NCBI GenBank assembly: GCA_044349155.1
Contig: JBIKRQ010000002.1
Location: 5,606-69,605, forward strand
DNA from: Myxococcota bacterium
GTDB lineage: Bacteria > Myxococcota > UBA727 > VGSZ01
Direction of reading: 5' to 3'
Length of the DNA stretch: 64,000 bases
Part shown: piece after piece, positions 31,401 through 40,637 of the stretch
Position numbering within the stretch: position 1 is the stretch's first letter
Layout: the number at the start of each line of letters is the position of its first letter
The notes under the pieces: generated by a model
Told to the model about the DNA's origin: nothing
Seen by the model: only the letters and a program-made list of their open reading frames with translations
Database searches by the model: none
Translations under genes and position numbers: made by a program

Positions 31401-32658
31401 ACGAGAAGGTGCCCGCACACACGTTGTCGCCGCGCACGGTCACTTCGCCGACGACGCGCGCTGCCACCGGCACGCCATCGGCGTTCACAATCTGCACGTC
31501 GATACCAGCGCCCACACGTCCGCTGCCAACAATGCTGGTGCTGCCGCCGCCCTCGCCCACGACGACAACGGCTTCGTTTCGGCCGAGTCGATCGGGGGCC
31601 ACGCGCAGTGTTTTGGCGCCGTCGCTGTCACCGCTCACGAGCAGCGTGGCTTCGGCGAGGCCGTAGCAGGGAAACCACGCGCGCGACGAAAAGCCCACGT
31701 CGGCAAACGTGCTGGCAAAGCGCGACAACGTGGCGGCACGCACGGGCTCGGCCCCGTTGAAGGCCACGCGCCACGACGACAAATCAAGCGTTGGTCGCTT
31801 GTGCTCGGGCAGCTCGAGGAAGCGGCGCACGCACAGGTCCCACGCGAAGTTCGGGCCACCGCTGATGGTCGCGCGCGTGGCCGACACCGCCTGCAACCAG
31901 CGCAGCGGCCGCTGCAGAAAGTCGAGTGGTGAGAAAAGATGCACCGGGAAGTCGGCGAACAACGGTTGAAGAATACCACCGATCAAGCCCATGTCATGAT
32001 ATGGCGGAAGCCAGATGACACCGACCGATTCTGTGGTCAGCGCCATCGCCGTTTGAATCTGCTGCAGGTTCGCGAGCAGGTTCTTGTGGCTCACGCACAC
32101 GCCGCGCGGCGTGCCGGTCGAGCCCGAGGTGTACTGCAGGAAGGCAACGTCGGCGTCGACGAGACCGGGGTCGCGCCAATGGGCCGCGTTGCTGGTGGCG
32201 AGCGCATCGACAGCAAACCACGGCAGCGCTTCAGCGTCGGGCACCAGGCCCGAGCACAGCTCGATGATGAACGCGTCGGCGACGATGGCGCTCGGGGCGC
32301 AGTCGGCGATCACGGCGCGCAAACGCTCCTGGCTGACGGCGACCCGCCCTGCGTCGGGCGGAAACACCGGCACGGCGATGGCACCCGCGAGCACGACGCC
32401 ACACCAGGCAGTGATGAAGTCGATGCCGGGCGCACACATCACGAGCACGCGCGGCCGCGGACCGTGGCCGTCGTGGCGAACACCGCGTTCCTGCAGCCCG
32501 GTGGCAACCGCGCAGCTGCGCGCGTGCAGGTCGGCCCACGAGCAGAAGCTGCGCTCGCCGTCGACCTCGCCGGTATGCAGCACGTGGTAGCCGGCCGATG
32601 AGGTGGTGCTCTGCGCGCGGTGGGCCAGCAGCGTGGCGATGGTGTCGACGGTACGCAT
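28402..32658 (-). CDS. NRPS-like multidomain enzyme: FAAL - AurF/CylC-type diiron domain - ACP - condensation
   Basis: FLQYTSGSTG, WLPPYHDMGLIG, CYGLAEATL, GRIKD, PKTSSGK (FAAL); LEE...EEEAKH...FEEY...HAQEEQQH (diiron); GMDSL (ACP); HHIATDG (C domain). Confidence 0.88.
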   Translation of the reverse strand: MRTVDTIATLLAHRAQSTTSSAGYHVLHTGEVDGERSFCSWADLHARSCAVATGLQERGVRHDGHGPRPRVLVMCAPGIDFITAWCGVVLAGAIAVPVFPPDAGRVAVSQERLRAVIADCAPSAIVADAFIIELCSGLVPDAEALPWFAVDALATSNAAHWRDPGLVDADVAFLQYTSGSTGTPRGVCVSHKNLLANLQQIQTAMALTTESVGVIWLPPYHDMGLIGGILQPLFADFPVHLFSPLDFLQRPLRWLQAVSATRATISGGPNFAWDLCVRRFLELPEHKRPTLDLSSWRVAFNGAEPVRAATLSRFASTFADVGFSSRAWFPCYGLAEATLLVSGDSDGAKTLRVAPDRLGRNEAVVVVGEGGGSTSIVGSGRVGAGIDVQIVNADGVPVAARVVGEVTVRGDNVCAGTFSLAQTTPLPTTNDGALRTGDLGFLDDDGTLFVTGRIKDMIIVRGHNHYPHDLEATVEGAHAAVRRGSACAFADVDHEGNESLGIALEVGAIDDDTAQAIVSALQTALATRHGVSPTRIALCPPQAVPKTSSGKLQRSACRAGLVDDTLPCVLHWRSTAGAAPADSDVGEDLYVDLLPRFARLDRRHTRYRYDEERDIRWDAFAAPGVYAGKGIFTAHRLDVDQFAAHPQALETLQWVLATSACDVFVALEEAVLRFSAGQRASLGPTRSLDMLDEEEAKHVRTFRRLSTMLRALHPEHVPAMDEQRATTQRFYDRTVAFGQGSEKNPARAHFMMWVTVLFFEEYTIYFDHLLSQEAPGTIQPTWADAHRAHAQEEQQHVVTDAAYLACLQASDEERYAWSREVFEDLLKNFTSMFMPWLPALLRIDPSLEPLLAAANMSAVDDEPLMFSLLRNPHFSQTVAAAPWLAHMLATRGAAAPSSSSTTIGMTIGTTLGTTSAPALQARAAELSDWIADHVARLVGGVVDRQRTFAELGMDSLQVVGLAGDLQTHTGCTLSATAAYDHPTVALLAAHVVGLDSTVEAVPPVVRPGPLPLSWRQRRLVALDAAHPGALFDHITSVYEMPAGTSVHALQQALVVLASRHESLRLRITSDSSAIALDPPTIDALPLTTLVCDDDVLDAQAQAWAATSDRTAFSLQSETLWRGAVFTSSQRSLVVLTVHHIATDGWSTEILRRELATLLSSTPTLAPLSEQFAEHAAREVARLDSPAGVDLVDGWRQRLASHRRFTPAAQALQSWDYDGGSVVRVVPRAVVDVLHEAARRRGVSLTLLLLSVFTELHQQRDDDDDLLVNTHLYNRHTPAERAMVGYCVNLLTLRPGKRRERFDDTIEAVRHGWLEALDQAVSIDHLVSQLAPSSFASRYMPAKIAFNMLPPSSKRAAALVKRPELEPPPAFLFFEQMLVAATTADGSLWLNLWHNRHVLNDAQAADVVDSFIYRLGDLR

Positions 32659-32733
32659 GACGCGCAACATGACCGACAGCGTGCGGCGAAGGAACCACGA
32701 ACTGTGGCGAACGTGGAGTGCTATCGCGCGCCC

Positions 32734-35700
32734 ATGCCAGTTGCGCCCCTCGTGCACACCCTCGTTGATGCCCTGCTCCACCGCGAGCGCACGTTGCCCG
32801 GCAACGCGGTGGCCTTTCGCTTTCTCGTCGACGGCGAGGTGAATGGCCCGATCGAGCTGCGCACCAACGACACCCTGATGCAACGCGCGCGTGCCGTTGC
32901 CGCGACGTTGCAGCAACGGGGGCTGGTCGGGCAACGCGTGTTGCTGCTGTACGCGCCGGGGCTCGACTTCATCGATGGCTTCCTCGGCTGTCAGCTCGCG
33001 GGTGTCGTCGCTGTGCCGGCCTATCCGCCCGACCTGCTGCGTGCCGAGCGGAGCCTGCCGCGGCTGGCAGCGATGGTCGCTGACTGCGACGCCCGCGCCG
33101 TGTTGACGACGTCGATGGTGGCCGAGATCGCCGCTTCGGTGTGTGCGATGTACCCCGCGCTGCAGGCGGTGCCGTGGCTGTCGACCGACGCGTTGTCGAC
33201 GAGCGACGATGTGCTCGCCGCGCAGCTTTCGCACCACGTGGTGCACGAAAACGACACCGCGTTTCTGCAATACACCTCGGGCTCGACGTCAGCACCCAAG
33301 GGTGTCGTCGTGCAGCACCGCAACATCATCGCCAACGTGCACGCGATGGCCGAGATCGTCGGCGACGTTGTCGAGGTCGTGTCGTGGTTGCCGCCGTACC
33401 ACGACATGGGCTTGATTGGTTCGTTGCTGCTGCCGCTGTGCACAAACGGCACGTGCACCATCATGTCGCCGCTGCATTTTCTGCAGCGCCCAACGCGGTG
33501 GGTGCAGGCCATCAGCGCGTTTTCGGCCACGATGAGCGGCGGGCCCAACTTCGCCTACGACCTGTGCGCTCGCCGCACGCGTGACGACGACAAACGCGGC
33601 CTCGACCTGTCGACGTGGAAGGTGGCGCCCAACGGGGCCGAGCCCGTGCGTGCGGCCACGCTGGCGCGTTTCACCGATGCGTTTTCGTCGTGCGGCTTTT
33701 CCAGCCTTGCCCATTGCCCAGGCTACGGGCTCGCCGAGGCCACGCTCACGGTCACGGGCGTGTCGGCCCACGAAGAGCCCCGCGTGTTGCGCGTCGACGC
33801 CGAGGCGCTGTCGCGTGGTGTGCTGTCGTCGTCGTCGTCGAGCAGCGCGCGCGCGCAGTCGTTGGTGTCGAACGGGCCAGTGCGCGGTGTGGGCACCCAG
33901 GTGGCCATCGTCGACGACGCGGCACGCGGTGTGGCTGACGGTGTGGTCGGCAACGTCTGGGTCAGTGGGCCATCGGTGTGCGTCGGCTACTTCGACAAGG
34001 ACACTGGCCACAACGCTGCAGCGTTTACGCAACGGCGACTCGACACCACCGACGACCGCCTGTGGTTGGCCACTGGCGACCTGGGCGCCCTCGTCGACGG
34101 CGAGCTGTACATCACGGGTCGCCGCAAGGACCTGTTGATCGTCAACGGTCGCAACATCGCGCCGCAAGACGTGGAGTTTGTTGTGGAGCAGGCCCACGCC
34201 GCGGTGCGTCCCGGCGGTGTCGCGGCGATCACGGTGCTGCGTGACGACGGCATCGAGCAGGTGGGCATTGTGGCCGAGGTCCGCCCCGATGGTGTCGACG
34301 CCGCCGTGGTGCCGGCACTGCTCGACGCCTGCCGCGTCGCCTTCGACATCGCCGTGGCTGCCATGTGGCTGCTGTCGCCCGGCGCGTTGCCGAAAACGTC
34401 GTCGGGAAAAGTGCAACGGCACGCGGCCAGAGCACTGGTCGACGACACCGCCGAACAGCACGTCGTGCTGCAGCACTGGCCATCGAAATTCAAACCCTTG
34501 GCGTCCCGCCAAGAGTTTGAATGTATTGATGAATTCGACCGCAAGCGGTCGAAAACGGTGATGGCAGCCATCACGAATGCTGATGATGCAGCGAGCATTG
34601 TCGACGACGACGCTCGCGCGCTCGAGGAGATCGTGATCGGCGCGGTCGCTCTGACCCTGGGGGTGACGGTGGATCCACTCACCCCGCTCGTCGACCTCGG
34701 CCTCGACTCGGTGGCGGTGATGACCATCGTTGGTGAACTCGAGGCACGCCTCGGCACGGCCATCTCGCCCGCCCTCGTGTTCGAGCACCGCACCACGCGG
34801 GCGCTGGTGGCAGCGCTGCGGGCGTCTGCTTCGTCAGCTTCGTCGTCGTCGTTTCGCGTGTCGCGCGCTGCCGTTGCCGAGTCAGGCGAGCACCCCGTGT
34901 GGTGGGGCGAAGACATGCTGTTCACGCTGCAGGAGCAGCAACCGCAGCAGGCCGGCTATGTGTTGTTCTTGCCGTTGCGTGCCGCCGAGGTGCTCGACGC
35001 TGCCCAACTCCAGCGCGCGGTCGATGCCGTGATCGCCCGCCACGATGTGCTGCGCACCGGCTACCGTCGTCGTGGTGGAAGCGTGGTGCGCGAGGTGCAC
35101 AGCGTCGACACAACACCTCGCTGTGTGGTGCACACCGTCGACGCGCGCGCCCTGTCGGCGGCCGAGCAACAGCAGACCGTCGACGACGTTGCTACTGCCG
35201 TTCGCCACCACCACTTCGATCTCGCCCAACCACCACTGCTGCAGGTGCGGCATGTGCAGCTGCCGTCGTCGTCGGTGGTGCTGCTCGTCATCCACCATCT
35301 GATTGCCGATGCGTGGGCTCTGTCGGTGGTGCAGCGCGACCTCGAGACGGCCTACCGCGGTGGCGCGTTGACCGCCCCCGCGTTGCGCATGCTCGACCAC
35401 GCCCACAGCGCCCACGCCCGCTTCGCCGAGGTGCTCGAACAGGTGGCGCGCGGCACGTCTCCGTGGCCGGACGCCTCGACCTTCCAACTCGCGCCAGCCC
35501 CCGACGTCGACGACGAAGGCCGCCCCCTCGAGGCATCGGCCGTGCGTGGTGCGCGGCATCTGGCGTGGCTCGATCCCGAGACCCGCACGACACTGGAAGC
35601 AGCGCTCAAGCCCCATGGCTTCACGCTGTCGGTGGCCGCGGTGGCCGCGTTCTCGACGACGTTGGCGGCGATGAGTGGTGCGTCTGAAACCGCATTCACC

Positions 35701-36192
35701 GTCGTTCACGCCAACCGACGCACGCCCGCAATGCAGGACGTGGTGGGCTTTTGTGTCTACGGCGAAGGCTACGTGCAACCAGCACCGTCGACGTCGGGCA
35801 CGTGGTTGGAGGCGTTGTCGGCGGCGCGCGACTTTGTGTTGGTCGAGCGCAGTGGCGATCAACCCCGCACCTGGGTGCAACGTGCGGCACCGGCATCGCG
35901 CCTGCTGCTCAACTTTCACAACGCGGCACTCACGTCGTCGAATGCAGCAGCAGCGCTGTTTTCGCCGGCGTTTGAGCTCACCAACTACCCGTACCTGTGG
36001 GACACGCACGATGCGTTGGTGCAGGTGTTCCCGTCGTCGGCGGGCGGGGCGTTGATCAGCACGCTGTACCGGCCCGGGGTCTATGGCCGCGCTGCTGTTG
36101 AGCGTGTGGTGTCGACGTTTGTGCGCGCGCTGCAGGCGATGGCGCACGCACCCGCAGCAAGCATCGACCTGCAGGCGCTCGCGACCAGCTGA
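32734..36192 (+). CDS. NRPS-like enzyme: FAAL - ACP - condensation
   Basis: FLQYTSGSTS, WLPPYHDMGLIG, GYGLAEATL, GRRKD, PKTSSGK; GLDSV (ACP); RHDVLRT and HHLIADA (C domain). Confidence 0.9.
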   Translation: MPVAPLVHTLVDALLHRERTLPGNAVAFRFLVDGEVNGPIELRTNDTLMQRARAVAATLQQRGLVGQRVLLLYAPGLDFIDGFLGCQLAGVVAVPAYPPDLLRAERSLPRLAAMVADCDARAVLTTSMVAEIAASVCAMYPALQAVPWLSTDALSTSDDVLAAQLSHHVVHENDTAFLQYTSGSTSAPKGVVVQHRNIIANVHAMAEIVGDVVEVVSWLPPYHDMGLIGSLLLPLCTNGTCTIMSPLHFLQRPTRWVQAISAFSATMSGGPNFAYDLCARRTRDDDKRGLDLSTWKVAPNGAEPVRAATLARFTDAFSSCGFSSLAHCPGYGLAEATLTVTGVSAHEEPRVLRVDAEALSRGVLSSSSSSSARAQSLVSNGPVRGVGTQVAIVDDAARGVADGVVGNVWVSGPSVCVGYFDKDTGHNAAAFTQRRLDTTDDRLWLATGDLGALVDGELYITGRRKDLLIVNGRNIAPQDVEFVVEQAHAAVRPGGVAAITVLRDDGIEQVGIVAEVRPDGVDAAVVPALLDACRVAFDIAVAAMWLLSPGALPKTSSGKVQRHAARALVDDTAEQHVVLQHWPSKFKPLASRQEFECIDEFDRKRSKTVMAAITNADDAASIVDDDARALEEIVIGAVALTLGVTVDPLTPLVDLGLDSVAVMTIVGELEARLGTAISPALVFEHRTTRALVAALRASASSASSSSFRVSRAAVAESGEHPVWWGEDMLFTLQEQQPQQAGYVLFLPLRAAEVLDAAQLQRAVDAVIARHDVLRTGYRRRGGSVVREVHSVDTTPRCVVHTVDARALSAAEQQQTVDDVATAVRHHHFDLAQPPLLQVRHVQLPSSSVVLLVIHHLIADAWALSVVQRDLETAYRGGALTAPALRMLDHAHSAHARFAEVLEQVARGTSPWPDASTFQLAPAPDVDDEGRPLEASAVRGARHLAWLDPETRTTLEAALKPHGFTLSVAAVAAFSTTLAAMSGASETAFTVVHANRRTPAMQDVVGFCVYGEGYVQPAPSTSGTWLEALSAARDFVLVERSGDQPRTWVQRAAPASRLLLNFHNAALTSSNAAAALFSPAFELTNYPYLWDTHDALVQVFPSSAGGALISTLYRPGVYGRAAVERVVSTFVRALQAMAHAPAASIDLQALATS
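34481..34599. repeat. Cluster of 3-4 palindromes in frame within the FAAL-ACP linker
   Basis: attcaaac-c-cttggcg/tcc/cgccaag-a-gtttgaat; ttcgaccgc/aa/gcggtcgaa; gtgatggc/a/gccatcac; aatgct..agcatt. Locally AT-richer than the flanks. Confidence 0.8.
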
Positions 36193-36197
36193 CGGTG

Positions 36198-36506
36198 CTA
36201 CGTCGCGTCGTATCCGCGACGACGTCGTCGTTGGGCACTGTGCGCGGCCTTGCCTTCGCCACCGGTACCGGCGAAGGCGAAGAACCAGGCGACGACGCAC
36301 AAGATGGGGTCGGTGTCCCAGTATTGGGTGGTCGCCATGATCGCGACGAGGAAGTGGGGCGCAATCGCCCAGCCCAGCCACTGCAGCAGCCCAAACGGCC
36401 CGCCGATGAACAGGGTCGTGAGGCGCGGGAACAGCGCGAGGCCCACGAGGACCAACCAGTCCCACGTGTGGGCATCCCAAAAGCTGACGGTCGTGATGTC
36501 GTGCAT
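36198..36506 (-). CDS. Small hypothetical membrane protein
   Basis: Three hydrophobic segments, LFPRLT...WLGWAIAPHFLVAIMAT..YW.TDP; basic tail. Confidence 0.75.
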   Translation of the reverse strand: MHDITTVSFWDAHTWDWLVLVGLALFPRLTTLFIGGPFGLLQWLGWAIAPHFLVAIMATTQYWDTDPILCVVAWFFAFAGTGGEGKAAHSAQRRRRRGYDAT

Positions 36507-36609
36507 GGCTGGCCTCGCTCAACGCGGCGGACATCGCTGCGTTCTCGAACTGTGCGCCTTTGGTGCGCGCAGCACCTACATTCTTTTCACCGCGCGCGAT
36601 GGCCCGCTA

Positions 36610-36630
36610 TCTCCTTGAATATCAAGGAGA
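36610..36630. terminator. Perfect 9-bp hairpin downstream of menB (terminator or operator)
   Basis: tctccttga-ata-tcaaggaga; no clear U tract. Confidence 0.4.
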
Positions 36631-36650
36631 ATCGCAGCTGGTTGGCGCGC

Positions 36651-37580
<930 letters not shown>

Positions 37581-37582
37581 GG

Positions 37583-38905
37583 TCAGCTCTCCTTCATCAA
37601 CGCAGCAGCGAGGTCTGTGAGCACACCACGTCGTGGTTTCAGGCCCCCGCTGTCGGGCAGTCGTGCATAGCGCACGGGATGCATGAAGCGAGGCAGACGT
37701 TCATCAGCCCGCGCACGCAGTGTCGCCACCAGCTCTTCGTCGTCGACGTCGGCGGCGAAGAAGCAAAACGGTCGCTGGTCAAAGCGCGCGTCGGGCACCG
37801 GCACCACCACCACCTGCACATCGCTGTCGCCCAGCGCTGCCTCGATCGCTTCGGGTTGGATGTTCTCGCCGCCGCTGATGAAGCGGTTGCCCTTGCGTCC
37901 CGTGAGCACGAGCCCTGAACCACCAGCACCGTCGTCGACAAACGCGCCAAGGTCGCCCGTGGCGTAGGCACCGTCGCTCGCAAACGGCGCGCTGAACGTG
38001 TCGTGATCGACAAAGCCGGCAAAGCGCCCGGCACCACCCACGAAGATTTCGCCGTCGTCGCCGAGACGCACAAAGCGACCGGGCAACGGGCTGCCGCACG
38101 TCGAGACCTGCGCGCGTGCCGACGTGCACACCTGCGAGCCCATCTCGGTCATGCCCCATGTTTGCCGCACGGGCAGGCCCAACTCGACAGCCCGCTGCAG
38201 CAACGCGGGTGCTGTGGGCCCACCACCCACGAGGATGTCGGTGGCCTGTCGCAGCACCGAAACGGCAGCGTCGTCGACGACGATTTGCTGCAGCTGGGCG
38301 GCGACCACCGACAGATGCGTGGGCTTCGTGCGCACAATGCTCTCGCACAACGAGCGGCTCGACGACGGCGGCAGCACCACCGCACCGCCACCGACCAGCG
38401 CACGCATCAACACCGCGAGTCCACCCACGTGCCCCAACGGCAACGACAACAACCAGCGGTGGCCAGGCGCAAACGGCATCACGGCCACCGCACCGCGGGC
38501 ATTGTCGAGATGCGCTTGCACGTCGTGGACGACGGCCTTCGGTCGACCGGTGCTGCCCGAGGTGAACAACACCGTCGCCGACGTGGGCAACGGCAGGCCC
38601 GCGTGCGGCCAGGCAAGGTGTGCATTGGCGAGTGCGAAGGCATCGGCGGTCATCGCCGCGGGCCAGCGGTGATGCGCGAGCACCAGCGGTGTCGACGAGA
38701 ACAGTGCTGCGTAGATCGCCACCACCGTGTCCACATCGGGTGTTGCGATGCGTGCGATCGGCAGCACGCTCGATGAAGACGAAGAAGGCGACGACGGCGC
38801 ACACCGCGCGAGCAACTCGGCCCACGACAGCGTCACGTCATCGGCGACCACGGCGGTGGCGTTGTGGTCTGGCAGCGACACAAGGCCCGTCAGCTCGCTC
38901 AGCAT
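37583..38905 (-). CDS. menE: o-succinylbenzoate-CoA ligase
   Basis: FTSGSTGRPKAV, SLPLGHVGG, TWGMTEMGSQ, TGD, FISGGENIQPE; men gene context. Confidence 0.9.
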   Translation of the reverse strand: MLSELTGLVSLPDHNATAVVADDVTLSWAELLARCAPSSPSSSSSSVLPIARIATPDVDTVVAIYAALFSSTPLVLAHHRWPAAMTADAFALANAHLAWPHAGLPLPTSATVLFTSGSTGRPKAVVHDVQAHLDNARGAVAVMPFAPGHRWLLSLPLGHVGGLAVLMRALVGGGAVVLPPSSSRSLCESIVRTKPTHLSVVAAQLQQIVVDDAAVSVLRQATDILVGGGPTAPALLQRAVELGLPVRQTWGMTEMGSQVCTSARAQVSTCGSPLPGRFVRLGDDGEIFVGGAGRFAGFVDHDTFSAPFASDGAYATGDLGAFVDDGAGGSGLVLTGRKGNRFISGGENIQPEAIEAALGDSDVQVVVVPVPDARFDQRPFCFFAADVDDEELVATLRARADERLPRFMHPVRYARLPDSGGLKPRRGVLTDLAAALMKES

Positions 38906-38907
38906 GC

Positions 38908-39834
38908 TCAGCGCCAGCGCTTCCACGGCAACGCCAGCAGCCGCTGCTCGTCGAGCTCGAGGTCGTTGGCGAACGCCGTGCCGGTGCCAAGCCCATGCAC
39001 CACGCTCTTGCCCGCACCGCGGTCGACGTCGGCGGCAAACGCGGCCAGGCCCGCGCGACCCACCATGCTCTCGTAAGCACTGCTCACGACGACGGTGATG
39101 CTGCGCTTCCACGCACTTTCAACCAGCCGCTGCGTCACCGCGGCACCGAGCACCATCGGCTTGACCACCCAGGCAACAGCTGTTGGCAAGCGCGACAAGC
39201 CACCGTGCGCGAACAACTCGTCGAGCCACTCGTCGAGGGCCAACGGCAACCACGTCGGCAACGCGCGCAGGTGTGCAGCAGGCACGGGCTCTTCAAAAAA
39301 CGCGAGCACATCGCCAGCGGCAGCAGCGAGGGCCGTAGCGCCCGCGACGTCGAGCCGGCGGTTGCCGTCGAGCCGCAGGGCACCACCCACCGCACGCACC
39401 GCCTCGGCCACGTGTGTGACGCGCACGAGGTCTTCGTCGAGGCTGCGCCGCCCAACCTTCAACTTCACCGTGGCACCTGGCGGCAGCAGGGGCACGTCGG
39501 CGCGCACGTCGTCGAGCAGGAGCGCTGTCGACGTGGATGCCTGCTGCAACGCCTCAACGGGTTGAGCGCTGTGCAGGGCCCACAGCAGGCTTGGCGGCAG
39601 CTCACTGCCGGGCTCGCCTTCCACGGCATTGACGACGTCGACGAGGCTGTCGGGCGACAACCCCGGCAACGGACACGCATCGGCCCACGTGTTCTTGCCG
39701 CTGTCTTCGTCGTGAATGCGCACCAACACACCGTCGCGGTGCACGATGGGCTCGTCCGCACCGGCAACGACGACAGGACGCGCGAGCGGCAGGTGCCAGG
39801 GAGCGGTCCAAAGGGTGGTGTGGGAACTGCTCAC
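38908..39834 (-). CDS. menC: o-succinylbenzoate synthase
   Basis: Enolase-superfamily motifs KLKVG, LRLDGN, FFEEP, LALDE, VVKP, VVSSAYES. Confidence 0.85.
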   Translation of the reverse strand: MSSSHTTLWTAPWHLPLARPVVVAGADEPIVHRDGVLVRIHDEDSGKNTWADACPLPGLSPDSLVDVVNAVEGEPGSELPPSLLWALHSAQPVEALQQASTSTALLLDDVRADVPLLPPGATVKLKVGRRSLDEDLVRVTHVAEAVRAVGGALRLDGNRRLDVAGATALAAAAGDVLAFFEEPVPAAHLRALPTWLPLALDEWLDELFAHGGLSRLPTAVAWVVKPMVLGAAVTQRLVESAWKRSITVVVSSAYESMVGRAGLAAFAADVDRGAGKSVVHGLGTGTAFANDLELDEQRLLALPWKRWR

Positions 39835-39920
39835 ACATCGACCCGATCACGCTGATCGGCTTTGTCAACCGCATCCCAACGCCGCAGGAATCTCTGCAGC
39901 ATCGCGCTATCCACTGGCCC

Positions 39921-40250
39921 ATGCAGCATCCCGTGACCGTCCGCGCCGCCCAACTCGCCTGCGCCGTCTCGTTCATCCTCCTCGCCGTTGTCGCCGTGCA
40001 CACCGCCGTCACCGCGCCCTTTCAAGAGCACTTCCCGCAAGTGCTGAGCAACCCGTGGGGGTTCACGACCGTCGTCGATCTCAACGCCGCGTTCGTGTTC
40101 GCGATCGCCGTCGTGTGGCTGCTCGAGCCCTCGCGGCGCGTTGCCGTCGCCGTCACGGTGCTCACGCCGCTGCTTGGAACCTTCGTGCCGTTGGCGTGGT
40201 TGATGGCCCGCGCTGCACAACTGCATCGCTTGACGCGGCCGAAGATATAG
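39921..40250 (+). CDS. Small membrane protein (DUF1475-like)
   Basis: NPWGFTTVVDL..F....W..E pattern; 3-4 TM. Confidence 0.6.
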   Translation: MQHPVTVRAAQLACAVSFILLAVVAVHTAVTAPFQEHFPQVLSNPWGFTTVVDLNAAFVFAIAVVWLLEPSRRVAVAVTVLTPLLGTFVPLAWLMARAAQLHRLTRPKI

Positions 40251-40267
40251 ATAACCATCTGGTTATC
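40230..40267 (+). promoter_or_regulatory. Candidate promoter and ArsR operator
   Basis: TTGACG at 40230 followed by the palindrome gataacc-atct-ggttatc (40250-40267), directly upstream of the ArsR gene. Confidence 0.7.
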
Positions 40268-40280
40268 GACTGGAGCGCCT

Positions 40281-40637
40281 GTGTCTGCACCGTTGTTGGC
40301 CACTGCTGCGTTGGATCGCGTGTTTGGCGCCCTCGCCGACAGCACGCGCCGCGCGATCCTTGCGCGCCTCGCCCACAGCGATGCGTCGGTGAACGACCTC
40401 GTCGTGTTGTTCGACATGAGCCAGCCGGCCATCTCCAAGCACCTCAGGGTGCTCGAAGAGGCGGGCCTCATCTCGCGTTCGCGCAGCGGGCAGTTTCGGC
40501 CCTGCCACCTCGAGGCGGCACCCTTGAAGTCGGCCGATGCCTGGCTCGGCGACTACCGACGCTTCTTCGAGGCCAGCTACGACCAGCTCGCGACCTACCT
40601 GCACGAACTGCAACACGCGCCGCGCGAGGACCAATGA
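40281..40637 (+). CDS. ArsR/SmtB-family transcriptional regulator
   Basis: FGALADSTRRAIL, MSQPAISKHLRVLEEAGLI. Confidence 0.93.
   Translation: MSAPLLATAALDRVFGALADSTRRAILARLAHSDASVNDLVVLFDMSQPAISKHLRVLEEAGLISRSRSGQFRPCHLEAAPLKSADAWLGDYRRFFEASYDQLATYLHELQHAPREDQ

Noticed and set aside
39831-40226. Minus-strand ORF upstream of menC as a possible menI thioesterase
   Set aside because: No hotdog-fold motif; it is the antisense of the small membrane protein gene.
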